Source: an uncultured Prevotellaceae bacterium (GTDB lineage: Bacteria; Bacteroidota; Bacteroidia; Bacteroidales; Muribaculaceae). Taken from it: 64,000 bases of DNA. The translations under genes and the position numbers were made by a program. The stretch covers positions 6,149 to 70,148 of the forward strand of contig ONOU01000021.1 of assembly GCA_900319525.1 (NCBI GenBank), given 5' to 3'. Shown piece by piece: positions 51,290 to 60,047 of the stretch. The stretch's first letter is position 1, and each line of letters begins with the position of its first letter. The notes under the pieces are model-generated. The model was not told the origin of the DNA. It saw only the letters and a list, made by a program, of their open reading frames with translations, and did no database searches.

Positions 51290-51339
51290 CACCGCATTTT
51301 GCGAAAAAAATTCGGAACAACTAAAAAAAGAGATAAGAA

Positions 51340-51492
51340 ATGAAAAGAACATTCCAACCCTCGAACCGTAAGAAAGCCAACAAGCATGGCTTCCGCAGTC
51401 GCATGCGCACTGCCGACGGCCGCAAGGTTCTTGCCCGTCGTCGCGCTAAGGGTCGTTACAGCCTCACTGTCAGCGACACCGTTTACAAGTAA
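51340..51492 (+). CDS. rpmH: 50S ribosomal protein L34
   Basis: Below the ORF-track size cutoff. Manual translation gives [50 protein letters not shown]. Confidence 0.9.
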   Translation: MKRTFQPSNRKKANKHGFRSRMRTADGRKVLARRRAKGRYSLTVSDTVYK

Positions 51493-51641
51493 ATCCCCGC
51501 TGTAAGGGACGACGCGGGCACGCCCCGCGACTCTACAACGCATCAAGCCGTTATGGTCACCCAAGACCGTAACGGCATTTGTTGCGTCAAGTGGGGCCAC
51601 ATCAAGCCGCCCGTTATCTTACTGCTGCGTCCAGCAAAGAC

Positions 51642-52196
51642 TTACAGGTGCTTAATCACGCGGCAAGGGTTACCCACGGCCACGCAGTTTGACGGAATGT
51701 CGCGCGTCACCACCGAGCCGGCGCCGATGGTCACATTATCGCCTATTGTCACTCCTGCCAGGATGGTTACTGAGCCCCCGATCCACACATTGTCGCCGAT
51801 GGTTACAGGAAGCGCCCACTCGCGGCGCGTGTTGCGCTCCACCGGATCGGTGCTGTGGCAGGCCGTGTAGATGCCCACGTTGGGACCGATAAAGCAGTCG
51901 TCGCCGATGGTCACACGCGCCTCGTCAAGCACCGTGAAGTTGAAGTTGGCAAAAAATCGTTTGCCCACGCTGATGTGTTTCCCATAGTCACAGTAGAACG
52001 GCTGGTTGATCAGCAGTTTCTCATCCCCCACATGTCCCAGCAGCTCCAAGAGCAACGCCGTGCGCTCAGCCATCATCGACGGCAGCAGCTCATTATAGCG
52101 GCGGATGACATCCTTACACGCATTCAACTCCCGCAACAGCTGCTCATCCACAGCAGAGTAGGGCAGTCCGGCCAACATTTTCTCTTTCTCGGTCAT
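51642..52196 (-). CDS. sugar O-acetyltransferase (maltose/galactoside acetyltransferase family, hexapeptide repeat)
   Basis: ORF trimmed to MTEKEKMLAGLPY. IGDDCFIGPNVGIYTACHS, VTIGDNVWIGGSVTILAGVTIGDNVTIGAGSVV. Confidence 0.8.
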   Translation of the reverse strand: MTEKEKMLAGLPYSAVDEQLLRELNACKDVIRRYNELLPSMMAERTALLLELLGHVGDEKLLINQPFYCDYGKHISVGKRFFANFNFTVLDEARVTIGDDCFIGPNVGIYTACHSTDPVERNTRREWALPVTIGDNVWIGGSVTILAGVTIGDNVTIGAGSVVTRDIPSNCVAVGNPCRVIKHL

Positions 52197-52222
52197 AGCA
52201 TCAATCATCGTGATAATTTCCG

Positions 52223-52230
52223 CAAAATTA
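52223..52230 (-). promoter_or_regulatory. -7 promoter box (TAATTTTG) for the acetyltransferase gene
   Basis: Matches TAnnTTTG on the minus strand, 27 nt upstream of the ATG at 52196. Confidence 0.4.
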
Positions 52231-52557
52231 CACAGAAAAACCAACTCCCGCAACCCACAACACCGCATAGCGGCAATACAAAAAAAATCAGCACGACTCT
52301 CCCGAGCGATGCTGACAATCATGTTTAACCCTAAAAAACCTCCAAAAATTATGAGTTCACATCTATATCTGCAATAACCGTGCCAACTTTTTGGTGTTAT
52401 AAATAACTGATATTTAGTGTGTTATTGTGGATGGTTTTCGAGCTTGCTTCCATGGATTTGCCATTAAAATGGCTCAAATGGGACAAAAATAGGGTACAAA
52501 AACGCCTCAAAAACTTACTATAAACAGTAGTGTGTCCCCTCTTTTTGTACCAAAATT

Positions 52558-55500
52558 ATGAGCAAAAAACGTCAAATATTCTATCGAGAGAGCACGTTGA
52601 GATTCCATTTACGTGCCCCAAAATCGTCCCGTCCCACCCTAATATTTCTTGCTACATGTATCGATGGGAAACGATATAAGATTAGTACCAAGGTAAGGGT
52701 TTATTCTAGCCAGTGGGATCAGGAGAGACAGCTTGCTGTGGTATCGAATGTCCAGAGTAAACAGGATAATCGCAACAACACAATTGCTAACAATCAATTA
52801 AACAAGTTGAGAGGCTATTTTTCTGAATTTATTGAGTATATTTGCAACAATAATGTCGATGACATAGCAGAAACACTTAAAAAATTCATCAATAGGGATA
52901 TGGCTAAAAAGAAAATCAACCTCGTTTATATTGCAGCTGATGCTCTGGAATATTACCATAGCTACGTTAAGCCATCTATCAAGGACAGCACAAAACGTCA
53001 AAGCGAATCGCTTCTGAGTGAGTTTGGCCGTTTTGTAGACACCTTGCGAGAGAAGGATAAAACCATGCAGATATTTAGCCAGAGAGGTTTAAATATGTAT
53101 AAGGAGTATCTCATAGACAAGATGAACAAGAGTAAATACGATGATAACATGAGAAACTTCGGAGTAGGTCAACTGAACCGTTGTGGTTCCATCATCGCCT
53201 TGCTGATCAATAAAGTGCTCGTCCCCCAAGAAAAAGCACCCAGCCCAGTCGTTTGGATTAAAGTTGATGATCCTCGTAGAGAAGACCAAATGGGGCATAT
53301 TCCTCTGCTAGATAATGAAGTTGCAGCAATAGAGAATTGTTCTGGTCTAACCCCAGTTGAAGAGGAGTACCGTGATGTATTCTTGCTTCATCTTGAGTGT
53401 GGTCAGCGTGTTTCAGACTTGGCCAAACTGCTCACCGGGAACTACAAGGTCAAGCAAGGAAAGAAATATAAGTATATCGTTGTTTCTACAACGAAGGAGA
53501 ACATCAATGCGATTATTCCCATAACTCCCAAGGTTACAATGTTGATGGACAAAATCAAGAACCATAAGCTTGTTGACCCGAAGGAGTTTGAAGAAAAGAC
53601 GAAAGGTAAAGGCAATAATACATATAATGAAGCAATTCGTCGGATAGCTAAGAAAGCTGGATTAGATAGAGAGATCGTCAAGATTGATTCCACTCAAAAA
53701 GAAGTAAGGAAACCGTTATATAAGACTTTATCCAGCCACGATGCTAGATGCACGTTTATAACTAACATGATCAGGAAGGGCGTTAGTCCAGAACGGTTGT
53801 GCAGGATGACAGGTCATGCCAACGATGAGATGATTAAACGAGTCTATGCTCAGCTCACTGTAGAAGATGAAATCAACCGAATCGAATCCGACCTGTATAG
53901 CGACGTCGACGACGACGATACTGCTGATCAACTTGTAAATTCATCGTCGAATAAACCAAACGAACTGACAACTGCCATTACAAATGAACGTCCGGTTGAG
54001 GAATTTGTGGCAACATCCTCAAAAGTCGTTGTTTCGGATTCAATACCCACACCGCATTTTGATAGAAATAGTTACATTAAAGGCCTTGAAGAAGCTGTAA
54101 ATACGTCTTTAGCACAAATCGAGACTTGGCATGATGAGATAAGTTTTGATGACTCGATGATAGAAGAGTTTAAATCGAAACTTGATAAGGCATATCTAGA
54201 TTATAAAGAACAAATAGAAGGCGAGACTCTCGATTCTGAAGACGATATTATCGAATGGTGGCATCAATATGAAGAGTATTTTGATGAGGAAGATAGCAAA
54301 CAACCGGAATCATGTCAAAGTTTCATGGACATATATAAAATTGCTTTTCTAAATGCCTTAACCGACTATTGTAAAGAAAAGCAATTGGGGAATCATGTGC
54401 TTAAAAAAATAGAGAGTTTTAAGAATGAGATATATGATGGGAATCCAATCCTTAATCTTATCAATATGGCACTATCTTCTATTAATATAATGATTCCATT
54501 TGTCTCAATTTCGTCTGTTTTAGCCACAGCTATTCAATACGCTGTTTACAACCGTCCTGTTATTGGACATATATTCAATGATGAGACCCTTGGCAAGTTA
54601 ATTCGTATTCCTAACTGGAATCTTGTGTATCAAGAATTGCATAAATTCCCAGCCTTGAGGTTGGAGGCGATGATACAGAAAACAGACTGCCCTAACGATA
54701 TTAAAATCACCCTGTATAAGTCAATAACTTCTGGTGATGTGACTTTATTTGCCAATACAATAAACTCATATTATAGAGAAACATCTGAATTGATTGAATT
54801 GGCATATGTAATGGATTTTATCAACAAGGCAATGGAGTTGGGCAACCAAAGGTTGAATCCTGATAGAGAATTATTTAGTCCGCTTGATGAAATTGCAGAT
54901 TTGCAAGATTTCTTTGCATCTCAGAACCCATTTGAGGAATTTGATTTTGGCATATTTACCTTGGAGGAATCTAATACGGAAGAGCAAGCCTTATTTGTAT
55001 TAGATCACTGGGTTGGAATGCTCGAGGAACTCAAAAGAATAGCCTATCCTAAAGAGCGGAAAATATATAATAAAATCTTAGGGCTTGTTAGCCAATATCC
55101 TGAACTGGAGAAGGCTTATGATAAGTATAAAACTATTCAAGACACCATATCTAACGATGAATCAAAAATTGATGACATCAAGAACATAATTACCAAGAAA
55201 AAGCCAAAAGTAGCTTTCGAGGATCTTGTGATTTTTATGTCAGAAATCGATTATGCCAATTATAAACCACACGAGTTGCTGCCTTCGTTAAATTCAGGTA
55301 TTACAAAACAAGGAGATAGTGTGTTTAAGGAGTTCATTCAATTTCTGGTCTTTTCGAGTTGCATAGATAATAATGATAATATTAAACAACTATTGACTTA
55401 CAGGCTTACAGGAGCATGTCGGCCGGAAGGCGACTTGGAAAAAATTCCATGGAATCCAGATAAGTTAAATGAACTAGCTTATGTTATTATGTATTCAACT

Positions 55501-55668
55501 GTAAGAGCTAAAGGCAAATATGAAAGAGTTCGTGAATTCTTTGAAGGCCCGAAGTTTCCTGATGATATATCAATGATTAGAACCTATGCAGACAGCGCAC
55601 CTCAAGATTTCAGGCTAGGGCTCAACAAACTTTATCCTGATGTTTTTACAATAAAAGGTGCTAGATAA
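52558..55668 (+). CDS. tyrosine site-specific integrase (res ~1-445) fused to a ~590-aa C-terminal region of unknown function
   Basis: A Bacteroidetes-type Arm-binding N-terminus is followed by the catalytic residues: R284 (ECGQRVSDL), H394-x-x-R397 (SSHDARCTF), H420 (MTGHAND) and Y430 (KRVYAQL). An acidic linker DVDDDDTAD follows, and the ORF stays uninterrupted to residue 1036. Confidence 0.8.
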   Translation: MSKKRQIFYRESTLRFHLRAPKSSRPTLIFLATCIDGKRYKISTKVRVYSSQWDQERQLAVVSNVQSKQDNRNNTIANNQLNKLRGYFSEFIEYICNNNVDDIAETLKKFINRDMAKKKINLVYIAADALEYYHSYVKPSIKDSTKRQSESLLSEFGRFVDTLREKDKTMQIFSQRGLNMYKEYLIDKMNKSKYDDNMRNFGVGQLNRCGSIIALLINKVLVPQEKAPSPVVWIKVDDPRREDQMGHIPLLDNEVAAIENCSGLTPVEEEYRDVFLLHLECGQRVSDLAKLLTGNYKVKQGKKYKYIVVSTTKENINAIIPITPKVTMLMDKIKNHKLVDPKEFEEKTKGKGNNTYNEAIRRIAKKAGLDREIVKIDSTQKEVRKPLYKTLSSHDARCTFITNMIRKGVSPERLCRMTGHANDEMIKRVYAQLTVEDEINRIESDLYSDVDDDDTADQLVNSSSNKPNELTTAITNERPVEEFVATSSKVVVSDSIPTPHFDRNSYIKGLEEAVNTSLAQIETWHDEISFDDSMIEEFKSKLDKAYLDYKEQIEGETLDSEDDIIEWWHQYEEYFDEEDSKQPESCQSFMDIYKIAFLNALTDYCKEKQLGNHVLKKIESFKNEIYDGNPILNLINMALSSINIMIPFVSISSVLATAIQYAVYNRPVIGHIFNDETLGKLIRIPNWNLVYQELHKFPALRLEAMIQKTDCPNDIKITLYKSITSGDVTLFANTINSYYRETSELIELAYVMDFINKAMELGNQRLNPDRELFSPLDEIADLQDFFASQNPFEEFDFGIFTLEESNTEEQALFVLDHWVGMLEELKRIAYPKERKIYNKILGLVSQYPELEKAYDKYKTIQDTISNDESKIDDIKNIITKKKPKVAFEDLVIFMSEIDYANYKPHELLPSLNSGITKQGDSVFKEFIQFLVFSSCIDNNDNIKQLLTYRLTGACRPEGDLEKIPWNPDKLNELAYVIMYSTVRAKGKYERVREFFEGPKFPDDISMIRTYADSAPQDFRLGLNKLYPDVFTIKGAR

Positions 55669-55717
55669 GATGATAACAACAATCCCCAGAAGCTTGATAT
55701 CGCTCCTGGAGATTTCG

Positions 55718-56326
55718 TTAGGCTCGTACAAATGTGACTCCGGACCTGCAAGTTCGGTTGAGTCTATAAGCCATAGAGACAGCTGATATGCTTAGATTAT
55801 TTGCACTCGCCGCAGCTCCTATCGAAGGGTATTCTTGTTCGGAACCATCACTCATGATAGCTCTGATCCTTTTTTTCTTGGCGTTACTCATCTTTTGTTT
55901 GGTTTCTTCTCCGCGTTTTATTCCAGTCATTGTTTGAGAAATCTTTTCTTTTACTTCGTTAGGCATGGCCATCCCAAGCCTACCGCCACCGCCATAATTG
56001 CTGTTCAACCCTTTTTCTACGCTGTCAGTTTTTAAAATCCAAAAGCCTTCACGTGCTTCTAGCCTTTTTATCATGTCTTTTTTAGTAATGTTGAACTCTG
56101 TTATTACCTCAACTAACTCAAACAAGAAACAACTAGATCCGTGTTTTTGCCTAAGCTCCTCAAATTTTGCACCACAATAAGGGTGCGTCATACAATTAAA
56201 TTTATTCTTTCTTTTACGTAAGTTAAGGGTACATCCATAGTAATACTCTCCATCATGTTTATCACCAGGGCAATTAAACTGAATTCTGTAAATATAACCT
56301 TCAAGGCTATCATAAATTTTTTCCAT
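55718..56326 (-). CDS. GIY-YIG nuclease with NUMOD-type DNA-binding motifs (free-standing homing-endonuclease-like)
   Basis: The N-terminus has GYIYRI...YYYG (GIY-YIG) and REGFWI. The C-terminus has EVKEKISQTMTGIKRGEETKQKMSNAKKK (NUMOD3-like) and YPSIGAAASANNLSISAVSMAYR (NUMOD1-like HTH). Confidence 0.7.
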   Translation of the reverse strand: MEKIYDSLEGYIYRIQFNCPGDKHDGEYYYGCTLNLRKRKNKFNCMTHPYCGAKFEELRQKHGSSCFLFELVEVITEFNITKKDMIKRLEAREGFWILKTDSVEKGLNSNYGGGGRLGMAMPNEVKEKISQTMTGIKRGEETKQKMSNAKKKRIRAIMSDGSEQEYPSIGAAASANNLSISAVSMAYRLNRTCRSGVTFVRA

Positions 56327-56421
56327 GTTATTATTGTTTATTACGTTTCATTACCTCGAAAATCGCTATTCGCGAGGTAAATGTTATAGGGATGATGTTG
56401 TGATTCATCATCCCCATGATC

Positions 56422-56706
56422 TCATTTGATTCTCTTTTTCCGGCTTGTGATTGTAAGCTCTATTCCTCTTGATTCTAGGAATTTAACAAATCTATTATAG
56501 GATTCTGTTTTGGGATACTTTCGAGGACAAAGCTCAAATAACTCAGGCAGTTTCATTGTGAGCTTACAGTAGCCATTATTATCCCATGCATACTTGAACT
56601 CTTCGCTCTCTTGCCTCAATGCATCAATGTCTAGGGCAAATAATCTCTCTTCGATATCTTGTTTATGAGAATAATTCCGTTTTAAGCCGCCAGTAGTATT
56701 GTTCAT
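56422..56706 (-). CDS. small basic protein, paralogue B (shared CPR...SRK C-terminal domain)
   Basis: 94 aa. The C-terminus LTMKLPELFELCPRKYPKTESYNRFVKFLESRGIELTITSRKKRIK aligns with the upstream neighbour. Confidence 0.5.
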   Translation of the reverse strand: MNNTTGGLKRNYSHKQDIEERLFALDIDALRQESEEFKYAWDNNGYCKLTMKLPELFELCPRKYPKTESYNRFVKFLESRGIELTITSRKKRIK

Positions 56707-57026
56707 TTTTTCCTTCCTTTCCTGCTTGAAATTATTAGCCTTGTACCGAATCTTTTATCTAGTTCCGATATCAGTTTTCTATAAGCATCTGTCCTTTTTC
56801 GAGTCCTTGGACAGATAATTAAAATCTCCTGCAAAGTCAAATTGATTTCACGTCCACGTTCTAGTGGTCCGTATTTTTCTTCAAGACTTCTAATGTCATC
56901 TTCAAATGAACCTGTTTGAGAGGGTAAGGCAGATATCTCCTTCCTTGAGTTTTTAGGTTCTAATGTCTCCGCATTTTCCGAATCAACGCTGAATAAGGGT
57001 AAAAGCAATTCATAAAACATAATCAA
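56703..57026 (-). CDS. small basic protein, paralogue A (shared CPR...SRK C-terminal domain)
   Basis: 107 aa. The C-terminus LTLQEILIICPRTRKRTDAYRKLISELDKRFGTRLIISSRKGRKK. It overlaps the downstream paralogue by 4 nt. Confidence 0.5.
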   Translation of the reverse strand: MIMFYELLLPLFSVDSENAETLEPKNSRKEISALPSQTGSFEDDIRSLEEKYGPLERGREINLTLQEILIICPRTRKRTDAYRKLISELDKRFGTRLIISSRKGRKK

Positions 57027-57273
57027 TTTCGTTTTTCGATTTTTTCTGATTTAAGAAAAAAGGTCAAATAGTGACCGATTATTCTTTACTCTACACTTAT
57101 AAGATTTGAGCAGGCTATAAAGCGCAAAAATCCTATTTCAAGAATAAGGCAGGAAAGGGATTCTAAGTGCAAAATTTTGTTCTGGAAATATTAAGGCCGA
57201 TGACCCTAAAGATCCCACCGGCCCTATGAGTTGTATGTTTTTTAATAATAGCTAGGTTACTTATAGCTAATGC

Positions 57274-58182
57274 TTAACCTTGCTCTGCTAAATTCCTTGT
57301 GTTGTATGCTGATTGTACTGTTCTTTTTATCTCTTCTGCGGTAAATCCATTAGCTCTGTCTTGATAGTATATTACCAGATAATCTTCAGCAAATTGTTCA
57401 GGAATGCCGCTATCCTTGAAGAACGAGGCCAAGATGAAAAGGTTGCAGTTCCGGTTCCCTTTCTGCATTGAATAATACTTTTCAAACAATTCATGTTCTT
57501 CAAGAATCCGTTTCCGAATCTCTGCGCTATCGGTAAGCACTGTGGCGCATCCCGAATAGTCCTTTTTATTGCCCTGTTTCGCTACAGGCTTACTTATTGA
57601 TTGTGGAAGTGCATCTATGTCCACATGATAAGCGATAGCGCTATCATTGATATAAATATCCTTGTCCACGCTCATGAAACATGCTCTGGATACATGTCCG
57701 CAACTGGTATCAAAAATCAGATCCGTCCGTCTTGTGAGACCCAATCGCTCACCCAGATAGGAGTACATATCATGGAATCGCATAGGGTCGATGAGGTCAT
57801 GAAGCACTAATACCTTTAGTCCATTTTGAGATGGTGATCTGAAGATGGACAACACACAAGGAAATGCTTTTAGTCTGTTTTTCTCACCTTGTAGATCCTT
57901 CACATCATCAAGATCGAAACAAACGACCCCGGACATGTCGATTAAAGCTTGATCCTCTCTCTTTTGAAAAGTTCCATTCGGGCAGAACACCGGTAAGAGT
58001 TTTTCTTTCAATTTGTTCCGTGTGGACTTGTCTTGTTCTTTAGCAATAACATCAACTATTCTTTTAATTGATTTATCACATCCCCCGATTTTTCTCAAGA
58101 GCTCCATCAACGGCACATGATTTGGGTACTTCACTGCTTTAATGTTAGAAAAAAAGCTAACTACTATATTGTTCTTAACCAT
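57274..58182 (-). CDS. BT4734/VirE N-terminal-domain primase-like protein (with PriCT-like C-terminus)
   Basis: The pattern KLKEKLLPVFCPNGTFQKREDQALIDMSGVVCFDLDDV matches the BT4734-like/VirE_N family seen in Bacteroidetes element primases. The C-terminal NRNCNLFILASFF...GFTAEEIKRTVQSAY is PriCT-like. Confidence 0.55.
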   Translation of the reverse strand: MVKNNIVVSFFSNIKAVKYPNHVPLMELLRKIGGCDKSIKRIVDVIAKEQDKSTRNKLKEKLLPVFCPNGTFQKREDQALIDMSGVVCFDLDDVKDLQGEKNRLKAFPCVLSIFRSPSQNGLKVLVLHDLIDPMRFHDMYSYLGERLGLTRRTDLIFDTSCGHVSRACFMSVDKDIYINDSAIAYHVDIDALPQSISKPVAKQGNKKDYSGCATVLTDSAEIRKRILEEHELFEKYYSMQKGNRNCNLFILASFFKDSGIPEQFAEDYLVIYYQDRANGFTAEEIKRTVQSAYNTRNLAEQG

Positions 58183-58307
58183 AATTTATTGAATATTTAA
58201 AGTACAACTAATGACCATATTTTTTTACTTTTTTATATCCCTATATAGATAGGTAAATATTTTTGGTTCAGTTAGTTAACTATCAAAATAACTAAAAATC
58301 AAATAAT

Positions 58308-59951
58308 CTATGAGATAGTTAAACTTATTTGATAAAGAGAAAGAAATCTTATCAAGTTATCGTAGCGCGATTTTGCTTTTCTGTCCCTTGGTATGATATT
58401 ATATAATTCATCAAGCGAGATAGTGATGTTATAGGGTAAGTTACTTTCTATAGCATCTCTAATCTTGCTGTCGTATGAATAAAGAGCGACCAAATCCATG
58501 ATGTATTTCTTTTCTGGCTTTTTCTTAGCGACGATTGGTTTCGGCACTCCACTGATAGTACATGTTGACAGTGAGTTTGATCTGAAATATTCTTGAACTT
58601 TATAAATTCTGTCCTTTCTCAAATCATCAGTATAGTACACTCTGATAGGTAATCCTTTGTGCTGCCTGATCCTTAACCGGCATATAGTCTGAATAAGCAG
58701 TGATTCCATATACTGCTCATAGTCGCAATTGAGCCCGAACATGTGATTGATGTCATTGACAATATTCTCAGGGATATTCCATTCCCCGAAAAAAATGACC
58801 GTAGAATAATCTCTGAATTCATTTGATCCCCTGTCATGGCCACTCCCACGATAGATAACGCTGAATTTATCTTGATTTATTCCAGCATCAGAAGCAAGAT
58901 AATCGCTCAACAACTTACAAAAATCGCTTTCCGGCTTCTTGTCTGCTTCCAGTTCATCAATGCTTGTCCGCTGGAGATACAAGCTCATCCAGGTAATAAT
59001 GAGAACGCGACCTTGTTCAGATTCTTTTTTTACTATTTCCACCAGGCCATTGAGATACTTAGATACCTCGTTTTTGTTCCATCCTGTTAGGCTCTTTCTA
59101 GTGAATGGAAGCGGAAATTCAGTGAAGGTGATATCACTACTGTATTTTGAACCAGTAACAGGAAGAATTCTTGAATCGGTGCTACTGGCCAAACAATCGA
59201 TTGTTCCGTCAAAAAGAACAACACGCGAATCGTCCTTGAGTGAATCCAAGTTTACTTTAGCCCATTTAAAGCTGTTGTTCTGTCGAATTTGAGAAAACAG
59301 ATAATTCAGCTTGTATTTCTCAAGTTTATTACCCAGTTTCATCAGATTCAACCCACTACATTTGTAAGCTGCTTCCATCAAGACCATATCCTGATAAATG
59401 TGTTGGTATAACTTGTTGTCTGGATCGATTAGTTTCCCATTTATCCCAGGCTGCTCATCAATGTAGGTTAATACGTTCTTCAGCTCTATCGGGTCCACAG
59501 GCTGTTCTGGATAGAAATTTATCAATTCATCCACGAGTATCAATCCTCTACAACCGTTACGGTAAGCGGTAAATAAAGGTATAGGATCTAACTGAAACCG
59601 TGCTGATGTGATAACCAAGACTTCAAAATTACGTAATGATTCTGGGTCGTTACGGTAGTTGAGAAGTCTGTCACTAGATAACTCGCCGCTATGAAGAATA
59701 TAGGTGCCTATCGGTTGGAGTTGGGACCTCAAGTCTTCAGCCGCATCTATAGTGGGGACAACAATCAGAACACCGTCACTTCTATATCTCTGGGCGATTT
59801 CTGCTATGATTGTCGTTTTGCCTGACCCACAACCTGAAGAGACAAAATATAGCCCATTGCTCTGGGGAAAGTCAATGCTGCAATTAAGAAAATGCATCAT
59901 CGGTTTTCCTCCGGTTTCGATAAGCTTTATCGGTTGTTGATGAGAATGCAT
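58308..59951 (-). CDS. P-loop NTPase, putative helicase/translocase of the island
   Basis: Walker A SSGCGSGKTT, Walker B LILVDELINF and a late TICRLRIRQ (Arg-finger/motif VI-like) are present. The motif order is not a clean SF2 match, so the family is unresolved. Confidence 0.45.
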   Translation of the reverse strand: MHSHQQPIKLIETGGKPMMHFLNCSIDFPQSNGLYFVSSGCGSGKTTIIAEIAQRYRSDGVLIVVPTIDAAEDLRSQLQPIGTYILHSGELSSDRLLNYRNDPESLRNFEVLVITSARFQLDPIPLFTAYRNGCRGLILVDELINFYPEQPVDPIELKNVLTYIDEQPGINGKLIDPDNKLYQHIYQDMVLMEAAYKCSGLNLMKLGNKLEKYKLNYLFSQIRQNNSFKWAKVNLDSLKDDSRVVLFDGTIDCLASSTDSRILPVTGSKYSSDITFTEFPLPFTRKSLTGWNKNEVSKYLNGLVEIVKKESEQGRVLIITWMSLYLQRTSIDELEADKKPESDFCKLLSDYLASDAGINQDKFSVIYRGSGHDRGSNEFRDYSTVIFFGEWNIPENIVNDINHMFGLNCDYEQYMESLLIQTICRLRIRQHKGLPIRVYYTDDLRKDRIYKVQEYFRSNSLSTCTISGVPKPIVAKKKPEKKYIMDLVALYSYDSKIRDAIESNLPYNITISLDELYNIIPRDRKAKSRYDNLIRFLSLYQISLTIS

Positions 59952-60001
59952 TGTGAAATAATATGTTTAAATTAACGATATAACACAAGATTGAGCAGAA
60001 G

Positions 60002-60037
60002 AAAAATCCCGCTCCGCAGATACGCCGCAGAGCGGGA
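60002..60037 (-). terminator. rho-independent terminator of the ParB-like gene
   Basis: The stem TCCCGCTC/GAGCGGGA (60007-60014 / 60030-60037) is followed on the minus strand by T5 (plus-strand A-run 60002-60006). Confidence 0.6.
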
Positions 60038-60047
60038 TAATTAGAGA

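Noticed and set aside
51184-51870. Track ORFs 51184..51600 (-) and 51553..51870 (+) around rpmH.
   Set aside because: The first is antisense to the clearly recognisable L34 gene and its promoter region. The second is antisense to the hexapeptide acetyltransferase. Neither has motifs.
52197-52557. A tRNA or tmRNA gene as the island integration target.
   Set aside because: I could not find a cloverleaf-compatible sequence or a GTTCGAATC-type T-arm near the junction or elsewhere in the window. The junction lies in the acetyltransferase upstream region.
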